64,000 nucleotides of DNA from the NCBI RefSeq assembly GCF_009914755.1, contig NC_060926.1. One strand, given 5' to 3'. The translations under genes and the position numbers were made by a program. Under the pieces are notes generated by a model. It was not told the origin of the DNA and made no database searches. It saw only the letters and a program-made list of their open reading frames with translations. How positions within the stretch are numbered: the stretch's first letter is position 1; every line of letters starts with the position of its first letter. Positions 31,075 through 45,201 of the stretch are shown piece by piece. Origin of the DNA: the human T2T-CHM13v2.0 reference genome, Homo sapiens.

Positions 31075-31310
31075 GCAGTTCTCAAACGAGGGTCAATGTT
31101 GCCCCCCTCCCCCCAACACCCCCAGGGGACATTTGACAGTGGCTAAAGACATTTGTGGTTCTCACAACTGGGGGTTGGGAGAGTTGGCACTGATATCTCT
31201 TCGGCAGAGGCCAGCAGCACTGCGAAACATCCTACAATGCACAGGACAGCCCCCACAACAAAGAATTACCAGCCCAAAATGTCAATAGCTCAAGGGTGAG
31301 AAACTATTCT
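31075..31310 (+). mobile_element. MER20 (hAT-Charlie MITE)
   Basis: 'cagttctcaaac...ccccaggggacatttg...catcctacaatgcacaggacagcccccacaacaaagaatta'. Confidence 0.85.
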
Positions 31311-33120
31311 AGGGTGAGAGTCCATAGCAAGCATTATTCACATTCACAAAGGGCCCATGACCTAAATAAATTTAGGATCCCCGGCTCTAGACTGGCAAAA
31401 GGCCACAGAAGGCTCCACTTAGGCCTCTCACTTCATTCCTGGCTCTTTCGCCTGCACCCTAGGCAAGCCACCCAATCTCCTCTCTTCACATACCCCTAGC
31501 TCTACCACTGCACTCACCTTGCAGAAAAGAAAATCCCTGTCCAAACGCCAACTCACCTTTGAACAAACCAACTCTCTATCTGCTTCTCAATTTCCTGGGC
31601 CAGTAAAGGCTTTTGACACCCTCACAACCTCAACCTATCTTAACACATACATATCAAGCTGTAGAGTCCTTCTCAAGCCCAGCTGGCTACTCCATGATTC
31701 ATGCTCGGCCAATGACTATTTCTCTGCTGCCACTAATCAACTCTCTTTTTGCTCTACCTGCTGCTAGATTGCTCCTCCATTTCTATCTCCTTCTTCCGCT
31801 CCGCATACAGACAAATCAGGCTTTCTAAAAGGAATGACAAAGCAACAAAGCATCATTTCCCCACTAAACAAATCGGAGCTCTGCCCAGAGAGAGGCAGCT
31901 GAGCTGGGATGCATTAGGGACTGCCATGTTGGCACTACCGGAGGTTCATTCTATGCAGTAACTGAGCTCAAAGGCTTCTCTGTGAGATGTACTTCAGTTC
32001 TCTGCATGGAAGGGAGCCCTCCGTGTGGTTTAAAATGCCTCCACAAAGTACAAATAAGCACACTAAGCTACGCAGTAAAACACAGCCTAACATTACCCAA
32101 CGTCCACCATTATATGCTGTTAAGTATTTAATTAAAGAGTCATATGAAGCAAACTGTTATATACACAATAAAGAGGAAAAAAAGAAAAAACAAAACACAG
32201 GTGTGGAACAGCCTGGTTGTAAGTACAATTTTCATTTGCTTTTACCCAGGGGCATTTGGAGAAAAGATTGTTTTGCCAAATATTTATCCATTTTTTCATT
32301 TTGTTGAAACATGTCTTTTCCAGAAAGAAAAAGGCATTTAACAAGTATTAAAAACATGTGTTGAAACCATTTAGAAAGTTTAATTTTCTTTAAAAATGGT
32401 TTCCGGAGCTGGGGTCTTCTCCAAGTTTTTGGAGTTGCATTTTCACCTGATCGTATGTCAAGTCTGACCTGAGTAACCCTACGTGGGCCTCTGTCAATCA
32501 CATGGAGTTTTCCTTGGACCACCACCAACCTCCAACCCGCCCCCAGCTGAGTTAATCCACCATCCGCTGGTATCTGCTGCAATAGAAAAGCTAATACTAA
32601 CCAAAGACCTGACACAGTTGTTTGATATGAAGGATTTGGTTTTCTGGGAGCTTGTTTCCTATCATTGTGGAGGTTATACAGCAAATTTCTGGAGGAAGGC
32701 CAGGCAGTTTTGAATACTGTAGTTCCAAGTGGCTTAGTCCCATAAACATAATCAAAGTCTGTATTAAGTTTATACCTTGCAGGGTAATAACAAATGATAC
32801 AAAATGTAGTAAAAGATGCTGGACACAGCCGAGAAAAGTTAATGAAATATGAATGAAAGCAAACAACTGCCCCATCTATTGTTCCAAACTGGGCCCCATA
32901 CTCCTAATGGGAACTTGAGCTGAATGAAAGGAGGGTGCCAAGCATTGAGGTCAAGAAAGAACTTGAGTGCAATAGCTGGAACTACTTCTTGTGGTTTTGA
33001 CATGCCCGAACAGCATTTTGGGAGCAGATAAACTAAGCTACACCTGACCTTGCAGCTGGCAGCATCTGAGGGTGAAAGGTTAAAGATAAATTGTTCTTTA
33101 ACAATTTCTCCGTGGTATAA

Positions 33121-33532
<412 letters not shown>

Positions 33533-33994
33533 AGTTTTCTTTAAAGAGATGGATTTTTGAGCATGATGTTTCTCTTTTCTCTGAGATGTGTCAGCAGCCA
33601 ATTCTGCAGTAATGGCATGCTCTAAGAACAGCTATCTTCATCATCCATGCCATGAAATAGACTTGTAGCCTTGTAGCCATTCCAGCCTTGAACAACAGCC
33701 TGAACAACAAGACTCTTTTCTTTTGAGGACATGAACACCTATTTCCACTACAATAATATCAAGATCCTCTCAACTTTCCCCCAAATTTTTTTCCCAGAGA
33801 AAGTGAGGAGTCTTGCAGGAGGAAAGCACCTTTTTCTGAATATAATATGGCTGCATTAAGAGATTCATCTTGTTAAACAGGCCTACAGAATGTATTCAAG
33901 AGAAATTCCTCAAAAGATGTAGAAATTCAAGACTTTAATTATGACTTAGCATTCACTTTCACAGATATTGCTGAACTAGAAGCACAGCAATTAT

Positions 33995-34280
33995 TGTTTT
34001 TTGTTTTGTTTTGTTTTTTTTGTTGTTGTTTTTTTTAAGACAGTGTCTCGCTCTCTCACCAGGCTGGAGTGCAGTGGTGTGATCTTGGCTCACTGCAACT
34101 TCTGACTCCCTGGTTCAAACAATTCTCCTGCCTCAGCCTCCTGAGTAGCTGGGATTACAGGCATGTGCCACCACGCCCAGCTCATTTTTGTATTTTTAAT
34201 AGAGACGGGGTTTCACCATGTTGGCCAGGATGGTCTCTATCTCCTGACCTTGGTGTTCTGCCCGCCTTGGCCTCCCAAAG
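33995..34280 (-). mobile_element. 5'-truncated AluS (Sc-like)
   Basis: Stops at 'ggcctcccaaag', lacking about 35 nt of the Alu 5' end; TSD agcaattat at 33986-33994 and 34279-34287. Confidence 0.85.
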
Positions 34281-35427
34281 CAATTATGTTTTGCTACTGT
34301 TGAAGTTGGCCAAAGATTTGATCACCTGAAATTTATTTTAACCACCAGTATATGTCTTCTTTGTTGTTACCAACTACCTGGAGAGATTCTGATTCAATAT
34401 ATAAATATACAGGTTACAAATGTCATTATATATTGTTAAAATAGCTTTAGTGACTAGGAGTACAAAAGTAACACAGGTAGAAATCAATGAGGGGATTAGT
34501 TTGGCCATGGCATATTTGGAGCCCCAGTCTTCATCTAGCCCAGCAATCCTACCTCCAGTAATTACACCAATACGAGGCTTTCGTCATTTCACATTTTTGC
34601 ACCTAAAGTGTGTGAAAGCAGTTCAGTTCCAAATGACATACAATTTTACGTTCAAAAGCTCATTTGGACCCATGAGTCCAAACCAAACCAGCAATAGTCC
34701 TCAGCTACAGGAGGGGAATAAACAAAGCAGATCCTTAAAGACATGCTGATGGCAAATTTATTATTATTTTTAAATTTGGACATGCATTTCATACATAATT
34801 CAAAAGTTCTTTAGTAATAGATATTTTTTTAAAGTAGCACCATCAAAATCAAGCCACCAAAAATTAGAGGGAGAGAGCACTAAATTTTTTTAAGGAGACA
34901 AAGATATATCATGAAGACTAAAGAAGCATATGAATCTCAAAGTCCTTAGAGAAAAAAACAGAAACATGTAAGCAGTGCAAAAATATAAGATAAGAAGTAC
35001 CACTCGGGTAGGAGAGAAGATGTATTTTAAGTTGAGCAAAGGTCTGATTGTACTTTTGAAGTACTGAGAGCGGGAAAGGAGGGAAAGAGCAAATAAAACC
35101 TCGGGATTGCTCAACGAGAGTAACAAAGGACAATGGAGTAAAGAAACATGCAATTGGTATTTATATTTTTTGTTAAAGTGGCCAAGGGCCTAGAGGAGTT
35201 TCTGTGTGATTATAAACAAAAAAATATCAGGTTTCCTTATATAGAAACTCAAAGACTGGGATAGAAGTGAGGAGAAAAAACAAAACCAAAGACTAAAACC
35301 CAAAAACATAGAGACAGTGTGAATACTGTTTTACCAAATCCTAGCAACTCTTGGAACTTTATGGAAAAAGACAAAGAAAATAAAGGAACTCATTTTTCTG
35401 AGAACAATTGTGTCTGTGCACTACATA

Positions 35428-35848
35428 TGCTATAGTTTGGATGTTTGTCCCTGCCCAAATCTCAAGAAGAGTTGTAGTCTCCAGTGCTGGAGGTGGGGGC
35501 TGGTGGGAGGTGTTTGGATCATGGGGGCGGATCCCTCATAGTTTGGTGCGATCTTCATGATAGTGAGTTCTTGCAAGATCTGGTCATTTAAAAGTATGTG
35601 GCACCTCCCCCTTCTCTCTCTCTTTCTCTGTCTCTCTGGCACTTGCTCCTGCTTTCACCATGTGATGTGCCTGCTCTCCCTTCACCTTCTGCCAGGATTG
35701 TAAACTTCCTGAGGGCTCCCTAGAACGAGATAGATGCCAGCACCATGCTTCCTGTACAGCCTGAAGAATCATGAGCCAATTAAACCTGTTTTCTTTATAA
35801 ATTACCCAGTCTCGGGTATTTATAGCAAGGCAAAAATGGCCTAATACA
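35428..35848 (+). mobile_element. MSTA/MSTB solo LTR (MaLR)
   Basis: 'tgctatagtttggatgtttgtccc...ataaattacccagtctcgggtatt...cctaataca'. Confidence 0.88.
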
Positions 35849-37786
35849 ACAAATAATATATGTATAAATATATATTCCCTAAATACATTTTTAGAATTTA
35901 AGATTTAAGTTGCTAAGTGAGAGTTTATTGGAGAAAACCAGAGTTGTTCTAAGCATACTACTATTGGTCGTGGCTAACCTCCAAAATGCTGCTTAGATGC
36001 TATGATTAGATTTGATGGAACAAACTTAATATTCCTAACCTAATGTGTGAGCTTATAAAAAGTAATGAAAGAATGAAAGCACCTCATCGATCAATATTGG
36101 TCTTTCACCCACAAAGAAATATATTAAAGCTTACTTTTCCTCAAGCTACAAAGCAAGCTACCATTGAGGAAAACTGAATATACAGTCTTTGAACTTGACA
36201 TGATTTACATTCAGTGCATAAAACAGAAAATAGTGGGCATTATATTAAAGCTTTATCATGTTTCTATTAGGAAGACCAACAGACATGGAAACCAGATGCC
36301 TTCAAAAAACAAAACAAAACTCTAAAGTGATTCCATCAACAGAAAAATGGCCCTGTCTCCTTCCCTCAAGCCTGCTTTTCTATTTCAGAATCATTTGCTC
36401 AAATATTCTTGCCCTTGCCCATTATCAAGCAATAAGCTATCTTTGAGTCTGGTTTTTGGTCCATACCACCAATCCAGACCACATGGGAATCAGGAAGAGC
36501 TAGAGATTAGCAGATGAAGGGCCATCTGGAATAAAGTTCTGAGGATATTTCCAAGCCACAGCACTGAGGACCAACTGGCAGAATAGTCTTGGCCTCAGAC
36601 AAAGAAACCACCTGGCAAGTGTAGGTGGGATCCAGAGAAAAAACTGAGGGTGGTAGAATTATTCACTAGGAAATAACGTGCCCTCTGGAGATTTGTTTCA
36701 GCTGCACTATGTAGGAGGGTAGGTCTTGCAGGTTAGAAAACTGCCCTAAAAATAGAACTGGTGCAGGAGAAAACTTTGAGAAGGGTCATAAGGAGAGGGC
36801 ACACTTAGAGTGGGCATGGGGACTTCTGGGGTATTCTTTTGCTAGTGCCTCATTTTCCCAAGATGCTGTGAGATTCAAGAGGCAATGAGAATGTCAATAA
36901 TGATCAACAACATGACCAGGCCAGGAAGTCACCCTGAGAATAGGCAGGGTGCCCATGATGAAGGGGCTGGGAGTGCAGGATGAAGGGGATACATGCACTG
37001 AAAGCTCTGTGTGAAGCATGAGCAGAATTTCATTCCAGGCTTTTTCAATAGGCTGGGGAGAGGTTTTAATGCACTGACAGTCAAGATAACTTCTTAAGCA
37101 TTGTTTTGAGATTCCTCTAACTGCCATCTAAAAGTCAAAAATTAGGAATTCTCTTCTTTCTCATGGAGTACATGAAGTTATGAAACTTCTTTTCTCTCTC
37201 TGCAGCTTGCCCATTTTCTTTCATAGGCCATTCCAAATCCATATCCTTTACTTCAGGGTACATTTTCTTCTCTGCTCCTTAGATCTTTCTATTCTTTCCT
37301 CTACTTCCCATTGCCATCCCTTCAACATCACCACTACTAAGAAACCATGGAATCTAAGCTATTGGCATTGGGTTGCCTGTCTTTACAGTAAAATGGGATC
37401 CACGCACTTCAGCCATGGTTTAGACACCTGTAGAAAACCATGGGGGAGAAAATGAAATGGTGATGTGGGTTACATGGGTAGATCCATTTGTCCAAATTAT
37501 TAAGATCTTTTTATGTACATTAAATTTCTCTCAAAAGCTTAAAAATGATTGAGTAGGGGGTAGGGAATGGGTGTAGATAAATATAAAGCAAGAATAATAA
37601 TTATTGAAACTGAGTGATTGGTACACAGGAATTCATTTTACTATTCTGTTTACTTTGTGTATGTTTTAAATTTTACATAACAAAAGATGAAATGGTGATT
37701 CTTTCCTATGTACTACATCACAGCCATGAATATCTATATATTCATTTTTATATAATCGTATCTATTCATATACATTCATACATATA

Positions 37787-38613
37787 CAGTTGCTCCTTGA
37801 ACAACATGGATTTGAACTGCATGGGTCTATCTCTCATGCCTCCCCTGCCACTTCCTCCACGTCTTCCACCTCTGCCACCCCTGAAACAGCAAGACCAACC
37901 CTTCTTCTTCTTTCTCCTCTTCAGCCTACTTAACATGAAGTTGACAAAGATGAAGACCTTTATGATAAACCATTTCCATCTAATAGATAGTAATATATTT
38001 TCTCTTCCTTATGATTTTCCTAAAATATTTTCTTTTCTCCAGCTTACTTTATTGTAAGAATACAGTATATAATACATATAACATACAAAATATGTGTTAA
38101 TTGACTATTTATGTTATTGGTAAGGCTTTCAGTCAACAGTAGGCAATTAGTAGTTAAGTTTTTGGAGAGGTCTCAAGTTATATGAAGATTTTTTACTGCA
38201 CAGGAGTTTGTATTAGTCAGTTTTCACACTGCTATAAAGAACTACTGAAAACTGGGTAATTTATTTTTTTTAAAAAAGGTTTAATTGACTCACAGTTCTG
38301 CATGGATGGGGAGGCCTCAGGAAAATTACAATCATGGTGGAAGGAGAAGGAGAAGCAAGTACCTTCTTCACAAGGCAGCAAGAGAGACAGCAAGCGAAGT
38401 GTCATATTTGAAAACCATCAGCTTTCATGAGAACTCACTCATTATCAAGAGAACAGCATTGGGAAAACTGCCCCCATGATCCAATCACCTCCCACCAGGT
38501 CTGTCCCCTGACACATGGGAATTACAATTTGAGATGAGATTTGGGTGGGGACACAGAGCCAAACCATATCAGGGTCAACATCCTTAAACCCTGTGTTATT
38601 CAAAGGTCAACTG
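37787..38613 (+). mobile_element. Tigger2a/MER28-like TcMar MITE interrupted by THE1
   Basis: TIRs cagttgctccttgaac / ttcaaaggtcaactg flanked by TA at 37785-37786 and 38614-38615. Confidence 0.8.
38209..38571 (-). mobile_element. THE1C/D solo LTR
   Basis: 'tgtattagtcagttttcacactgctataaag...gggacacagagccaaaccatatca'. Confidence 0.88.
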
Positions 38614-38614
38614 T

Positions 38615-38617
<3 letters not shown>

Positions 38618-38653
<36 letters not shown>
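38618..38653. repeat. (CA)n microsatellite
   Basis: About 18 CA units. Confidence 0.95.
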
Positions 38654-38656
<3 letters not shown>

Positions 38657-40640
38657 TCCTGAGAAGAGACACTCGTTTCAGTACCATCTGGTCCTCATTT
38701 TATCACATGTGGTTCACTATTCACTCAGTGAGGAAGAGAGGGCTTTGACATCTGTCAGCCTATCCAACATTTGCATTGACTTAAGCATTTGGTTATGAAG
38801 TATTTTAGCTTTTTCTGGCCTCCAGAATGGGAGCTGGGTGACTGGAACACATCTCCTCTGCACTGAGTTTTGCAATAACACCACTTTATGTAATCCTCTC
38901 TATCCCTTGCCACCATCCAAAACACTCATCTGCGCTCCATTACTCAGGATGAAAATGGAGTCTGCAATGTGATATCTCAGGGAACCACCAGGTATGTGAC
39001 CAAACACTTTCCCCTAAAATTATCACTCTGACTGACAGTGCTATTAGAGACACTGTTCTCATTCTTGCCTGGTAGTTTATTTCCTTTTCACTGGTACGTT
39101 CTTAAATTACCAAAATATTTATAATCTATGGTTTTCACTAACTCTCTAGCGTTTATTTCATCACCTCAACATGGGTTACTTCCTTCCCATCCTGTTTTAC
39201 CTTTCTCAGTTTTGCTGCCTTTTCCTTAACATAATCTCCTACATTATCTGGATTTATCTCTATATCAAATGAATTTATTCCATTAGAAAAGAAAGGCCAC
39301 ATCCTAGAACTCTTTGAAAATAGTCTGTTCATAAACCACTCACTAAACATTTCAGTGTAAGACAAAATACTTAATGATTTAGACAAATGAAGGATAGCTT
39401 AGTATGAATTATGGAATATTTAAAAAGAAATATCCTATAAAATAAAAAACTATTACACTCAGTAAAGGAGAGAGGCTTACAAATGACTGGGAGTGGAATG
39501 CTTGCAGACTTATTTTGATGAATAGAGAATAATGTATTTTAATTAGCATACTAATAACTTTGTGAGTAAATTTTTGCTTCTCAAGTACGGGGAACAGCAT
39601 GCCTTCTTAATGAGGTTGATCTGCAGACCAACTTCCATTATTTATCTGCTTCATAGATACTTTTTCTTTCTTTAAATATAAGACAAATCAGGAAGATCTC
39701 TGCCTCCATTTTTATAAATTTTGAGTTAGTGGAGTCTAAATTCATGAAATTCAACTACCATATGGTATCATACAATAAATCAAGAGTTTTTCAACAACTG
39801 TAACCTGGCTTAGACTTTTCTGAAGCAATCTACAGCTCTTCATACTGTTTTCTACACGTAAGCGAGATGGTAATGTTCACAAAGTAATCCAGCATTGATG
39901 CAGATGGTAATTGCAAAATGTAGAAAAGAAAAATTCTGAATTCACTAAAACTAGGTACAAAGAACATGATAGCACATGGCTGATACACAGCAGCTGGGAT
40001 TGACACACATTGGGCCAGGTGGAATCACCTCCCTCCACACACCCTTTATCTCAGGTTTCCTGGTGACCAGTCCCCTTCTGCTTTCCTTCTCATCCACATG
40101 ACTCCTGCAAACTTCAGCCTTCATGCTGGGTGATCCCAGGCCCAGCCTCTTACTTCCTGCACTTTCCTTTCAGCTAGAAATATTTCAGCTTTTGTCTTGC
40201 CTTTCTGCCATAGTGTTTTTGCTTATTTGTTTTTTAACAATTGTCAAAATCACTAAACTTTAATATTGATTCATTACTATTATTTAATCTATAGTTCGTA
40301 TTCAAGTTTTATCAACTATCCTAAAAATGTCCTTTATAACTTTTTTTTCTTGGTTCACAGTTCAATGGAGGATCATATATTGCATTTTTTAGCATATTTT
40401 TATTATGGTAAAATACACATAACATAAATTTACCATTTTAACTATTTTTAAGTGTTCATTTCAGTGGCATTAAGCACATTCACACTGTGATGCAATCATC
40501 ACCACCAAAGTAGTTTAAAGAGTCTTTATCACTGGGACTCAGGGTAGGTCTGAGTCCTTGGCCAGAGCTGTGGGCTTTGAACCCAGTCAGAAAAAGGACC
40601 TTAACTAAGCTATGACTAACCCGGCACAAATAAAACAGTA

Positions 40641-40865
40641 CAGTAATTTCTCAGTGTCAATGAGGGATTGGCTCCAGGAGTTCCCTCAGATACCAAAATC
40701 TGAGGATGCACAAGGCCCTGAAATGAAATGGTGTAGAATTTGCATGTAACCTAAGCATATACTCTCATATCATACATGTTCACTACAGACTTTTTTCTGA
40801 ATATTTTTGAACAGAGCTTACTTGAAACCACGGATGTGGAACCCACAGAGACAGAGGGCTGACTG
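40641..40865. mobile_element. MER2-like (TcMar-Tigger) MITE
   Basis: 'gggattggctccaggag...cagataccaaaatctgaggatgc...ggatgtggaacccacagagacagagggctgactg' followed by TA. Confidence 0.75.
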
Positions 40866-41879
40866 TATTTAAAATGAGGCAAAGTGCAAATGTCCTTGAT
40901 GCACTAAAACAGGCATTCTTCCATACCCAGCTAACACAAAGAATAATGGTTACACCATAAATTTAACACTCCAGGCCAGTCCTCAGCACATATGTAGGTA
41001 TTTCATTAGTAAAAGTGTACCAAAAGTCGAGGTTAACATGAACTTGACGTTGAAGATCAAAAGAAGAGGAGGGAAATATCTGAAATCCCCAGAGCATTTT
41101 TTTTTTCTCACTGAAGCTCCTCTTTATTAGCTGCAAGTAAATTTTCCACATTGTGAATTTTCAGAGACAAATTCCTCTTGTGTTTCTCTCTGTTACCCAG
41201 CTCAAACTGATCTGGACGTGCCTGAGCAAAAATACAATTAGGTAGAGAAATCTGTTTTAAAAAACAAAACAAAAACAAAAAACAAGTGTGGCCCAAGAGT
41301 GTCATTAGAATTAGTTAGCATATTTATCTAGGGAAACTATAAGTTGGTTTCCTAGGTAAATATCCAAAGCTGTTTCCAAAGATATTCCTGGGAATATGTA
41401 GTACATATGCTTTTGTATCTCTGAATTTGGAGACCTTTCCAAGGTTCCTGGCTGCCACTTCAGAGAGTGGGGGTTATATTTACGTTTCAACATCCTGAGT
41501 GAGTATTCTGGGTGTGGGGACTGAATCTGAATCAAGGGACTTAGTAAATTTGCTTTCTAATTCTGAACCCAATAAAAAGAGGAGCAGCAAACAGGACACT
41601 TGTGGTATCAGAAAAGGAAGAAAACATGTTTCTAGTACCTATCAGGTACCAGACACGGAGCTAAGCAGTTTACATACTGCATGTAATGAATCTCAACTTC
41701 ATCTCCGTTTCCAACCCTACATTTTACAGAGAGGAAAGCAGGGCTCAAAGATGTGGAAAGTAACATGTTAGTACGTGACAGAGCCTGGACTCAGGCTCCT
41801 GTGGCACCATGGGGTCATGCAGTGTTGCTTATCTGGGCAATCCCATGAACACTCAGTTTCCAATAACAGATCAATGGCA

Positions 41880-42964
<1,085 letters not shown>

Positions 42965-43399
42965 AGATTTTACGCTATTCAAAACATGTCCTGCCCCTCT
43001 AGGTGAAAAGACTACGCACCCTCAGCCCACAAATGTTGGGGTTGGCAGTGCAACTTGTGAAGCTCCTCTTCATGGAAGAATTATGTATCTCGATCATCAT
43101 TGGCCTCCACAGCAGCCACATGACTTGCTTTGGCCAATAAAATGTAGGCAGAAGTGATTATGTAAAGAAAATTCAGCTAACAACATTAGGAGTGGCAGTC
43201 CATCCTTGTTGTGGCTAGTAGAAATCTGTTGAGTAGATTTGGTTTCAAGCAGTAATACAACATTCAGTTTATAATCAAAAAAAAAAAAAAAAAAAAGCCT
43301 CTTTTACTAAGCATATGCTATCTTAGCCAAAACCAGAAGTGAGGTTGTTCACCAATAAGCCCAACAGAAGCACTAAAGCCTGTATTCTAATTATTTTGT

Positions 43400-43720
43400 T
43401 TGGTTGATTGGTTTGGTTGTTTTGGTGTTTTGGTTTTCTTTTTTTAATTTTTTATTTCCATAGGTTTTGGGGGAACAGGTGGTGTTTGATTACATGAATA
43501 AGTTCTTTAGGGGTGATTTCTGAGATTTTGGTGCACTCATCACCAAAGCAGTGCACAATGTACCCACTGTGTAGTGCTTTATCCCTCACCCTGCTCCCTC
43601 CCTTTCCTCCAAGTCCCCAAAGTCCATTGTATCACTCTTATGCCTTTGCATCCTCATAGCTTAGCTCCCACTTGTGAGTAAGAACATACAATGTTTGGTT
43701 TTCCATTTCTGAGTTACTTC
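43400..43720 (-). mobile_element. L1PB-like 3' end with (GTTT)n tail
   Basis: 'ggttttgggggaacaggtggtgtttgattacatgaataagttctttaggggtgatttctgagattttggtgcac'. Confidence 0.8.
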
Positions 43721-43721
43721 A

Positions 43722-43930
43722 TTTTTTTATACACAGAGTCTTACTCTGAAACCCAGGCTGGACTGCAGTGGTACAATCATGGTTCATTGCAGCCTCTACC
43801 TCTCAGCTCAAGAGATCTTCCCACTTTAGTGCCCCAAGTATTGAGATTACAGATATGTGACCCCAGGCCTAGCTAATTTTTTTGTTATTGTGGTTTTAGA
43901 GACAGGGTCTTGGTATGTTGCCCAGGCTTG
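43722..43930 (-). mobile_element. Partial degenerate AluJ
   Basis: 'acagagtcttactctg...caggctggactgcagtggtacaatcatgg'. Confidence 0.7.
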
Positions 43931-44295
43931 CATTCTAATTGTTACTATTTCCCAAAATTAGATGGCCCAACTATCATTAACACATATTAGTGCTGCCAAA
44001 TTTTACTGTAATAGTGGGTTTGATTCAATTTGTTCCAATCAATTTTATTGATATATAAGGACACCTGCAATGTATCACATGCAGATTCAGCTGAAAGTTT
44101 GGTGATCAGGCTGGAAATAAAAAAATTGATGCTTTGCTTTATTACTAATACTGTTGATGCTACTCTTGCACAGTAATCTGCTTCTACTTAAGTGGCCAGC
44201 GTTAGGAAATGAGTTATCATTGGTGACCTCTAAGTGAAATTGTAAAGATGTCAAATAACTTGGTGGTTTGCTTGTACATGAAAAAGAAGGAAAAC

Positions 44296-45201
44296 GGCGG
44301 AGGAGCCACGATGGCCGAATAGGAACAGCTCCAGTCTACAGCTCCCAGCGTGAGCGACACAGAAGATGGTGATTTCTGCATTTCCATCTGAGGTACCGGG
44401 TTCATCTCTCTAGGGAGTGCCAGACAGTGGGTGCAGGTCAGTGGGTGCGCGCACCGTGCACGAGCCGAAGCAGGGCGAGGAATTGCCTCACTTGGGAAGT
44501 GCAAGGGGTCAGGGAATTCCCTTTCCGAGTCAAAGAAAGGGGTGACGGACGGCACCTGGAAAATCGGGTCACTCCCACCCGAATACTGCGCTTTTCCGAC
44601 GGGCTTAAAATAAGACGCACCACTAGATTATATCCTGCACCTGGCTTGGAGGGTCCTACACCCACGGAGTCTCGCTGATTGCTAGCACAGCAGTCTGAGA
44701 TCAAACTGCAAGGCGGCAGCAAGGCTGGGGGAGGGGTGCCTGCCATTGCCCAGGCTTGATTAGGTAAACAAAGCAGCTGGGAAGCTCCAACTGGGTGGAG
44801 CCCACCACAGCTCAAGGAGGCCTGCCTGCCTCTGTAGGCTCCACCTCTGGGGGCAGGGCACAGACAAACAAAAAGACAGCAGTAACCTCTGCAGACTTTG
44901 ATGTCCCTGTCTGACAGCTTTGAAGAGAGCAGTGGTTCTCCCAGCATGCAGCTGGAGATCTGAGAACGGGCAGACTGCCTCCTCAAGTGGTTCCCTGACC
45001 CCTGACCCCCGAGCTGCCTAACTGGGAGGCATCCCCCAGCAGGGGCACACTGACACCTCACATGGCAGGGTATTCCAACAGACCTGCAGCTGAGGGTCCT
45101 GTCTATTAGAAGGAAAACTAACAAACAGAAAGGACATCCACACCAAAAACCCATCTGTACATCACCATCATCAAAGACCAAAAGTAGATAAAACCACAAA
45201 G
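44296..45201. promoter_or_regulatory. L1 5'UTR sense and antisense promoter (CpG-rich)
   Basis: Position upstream of ORF1; CpG-dense; established function of the L1PA 5'UTR. Confidence 0.85.
44438..44746 (-). CDS. ORF0: L1 ORF0, 102-aa C-terminally extended variant
   Basis: ATG at 44746: MAGTPPPALLPPCSLISDCCASNQRDSVGVGPS... matches primate L1 ORF0; stays open to 44438. Confidence 0.65.
   Translation of the reverse strand: MAGTPPPALLPPCSLISDCCASNQRDSVGVGPSKPGAGYNLVVRLILSPSEKRSIRVGVTRFSRCRPSPLSLTRKGNSLTPCTSQVRQFLALLRLVHGARTH

Noticed and set aside
32232-32875. Overlapping 92-150 aa ORFs in unique DNA
   Set aside because: No recognisable protein family, non-ATG or weak starts, no convincing paired splice sites; may be regulatory DNA but I cannot support that
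39153-39386. 77-aa minus-strand ORF with protein-like composition
   Set aside because: TTG start, no recognisable homology, weak splice context; a tBLASTn/phyloCSF check would be needed
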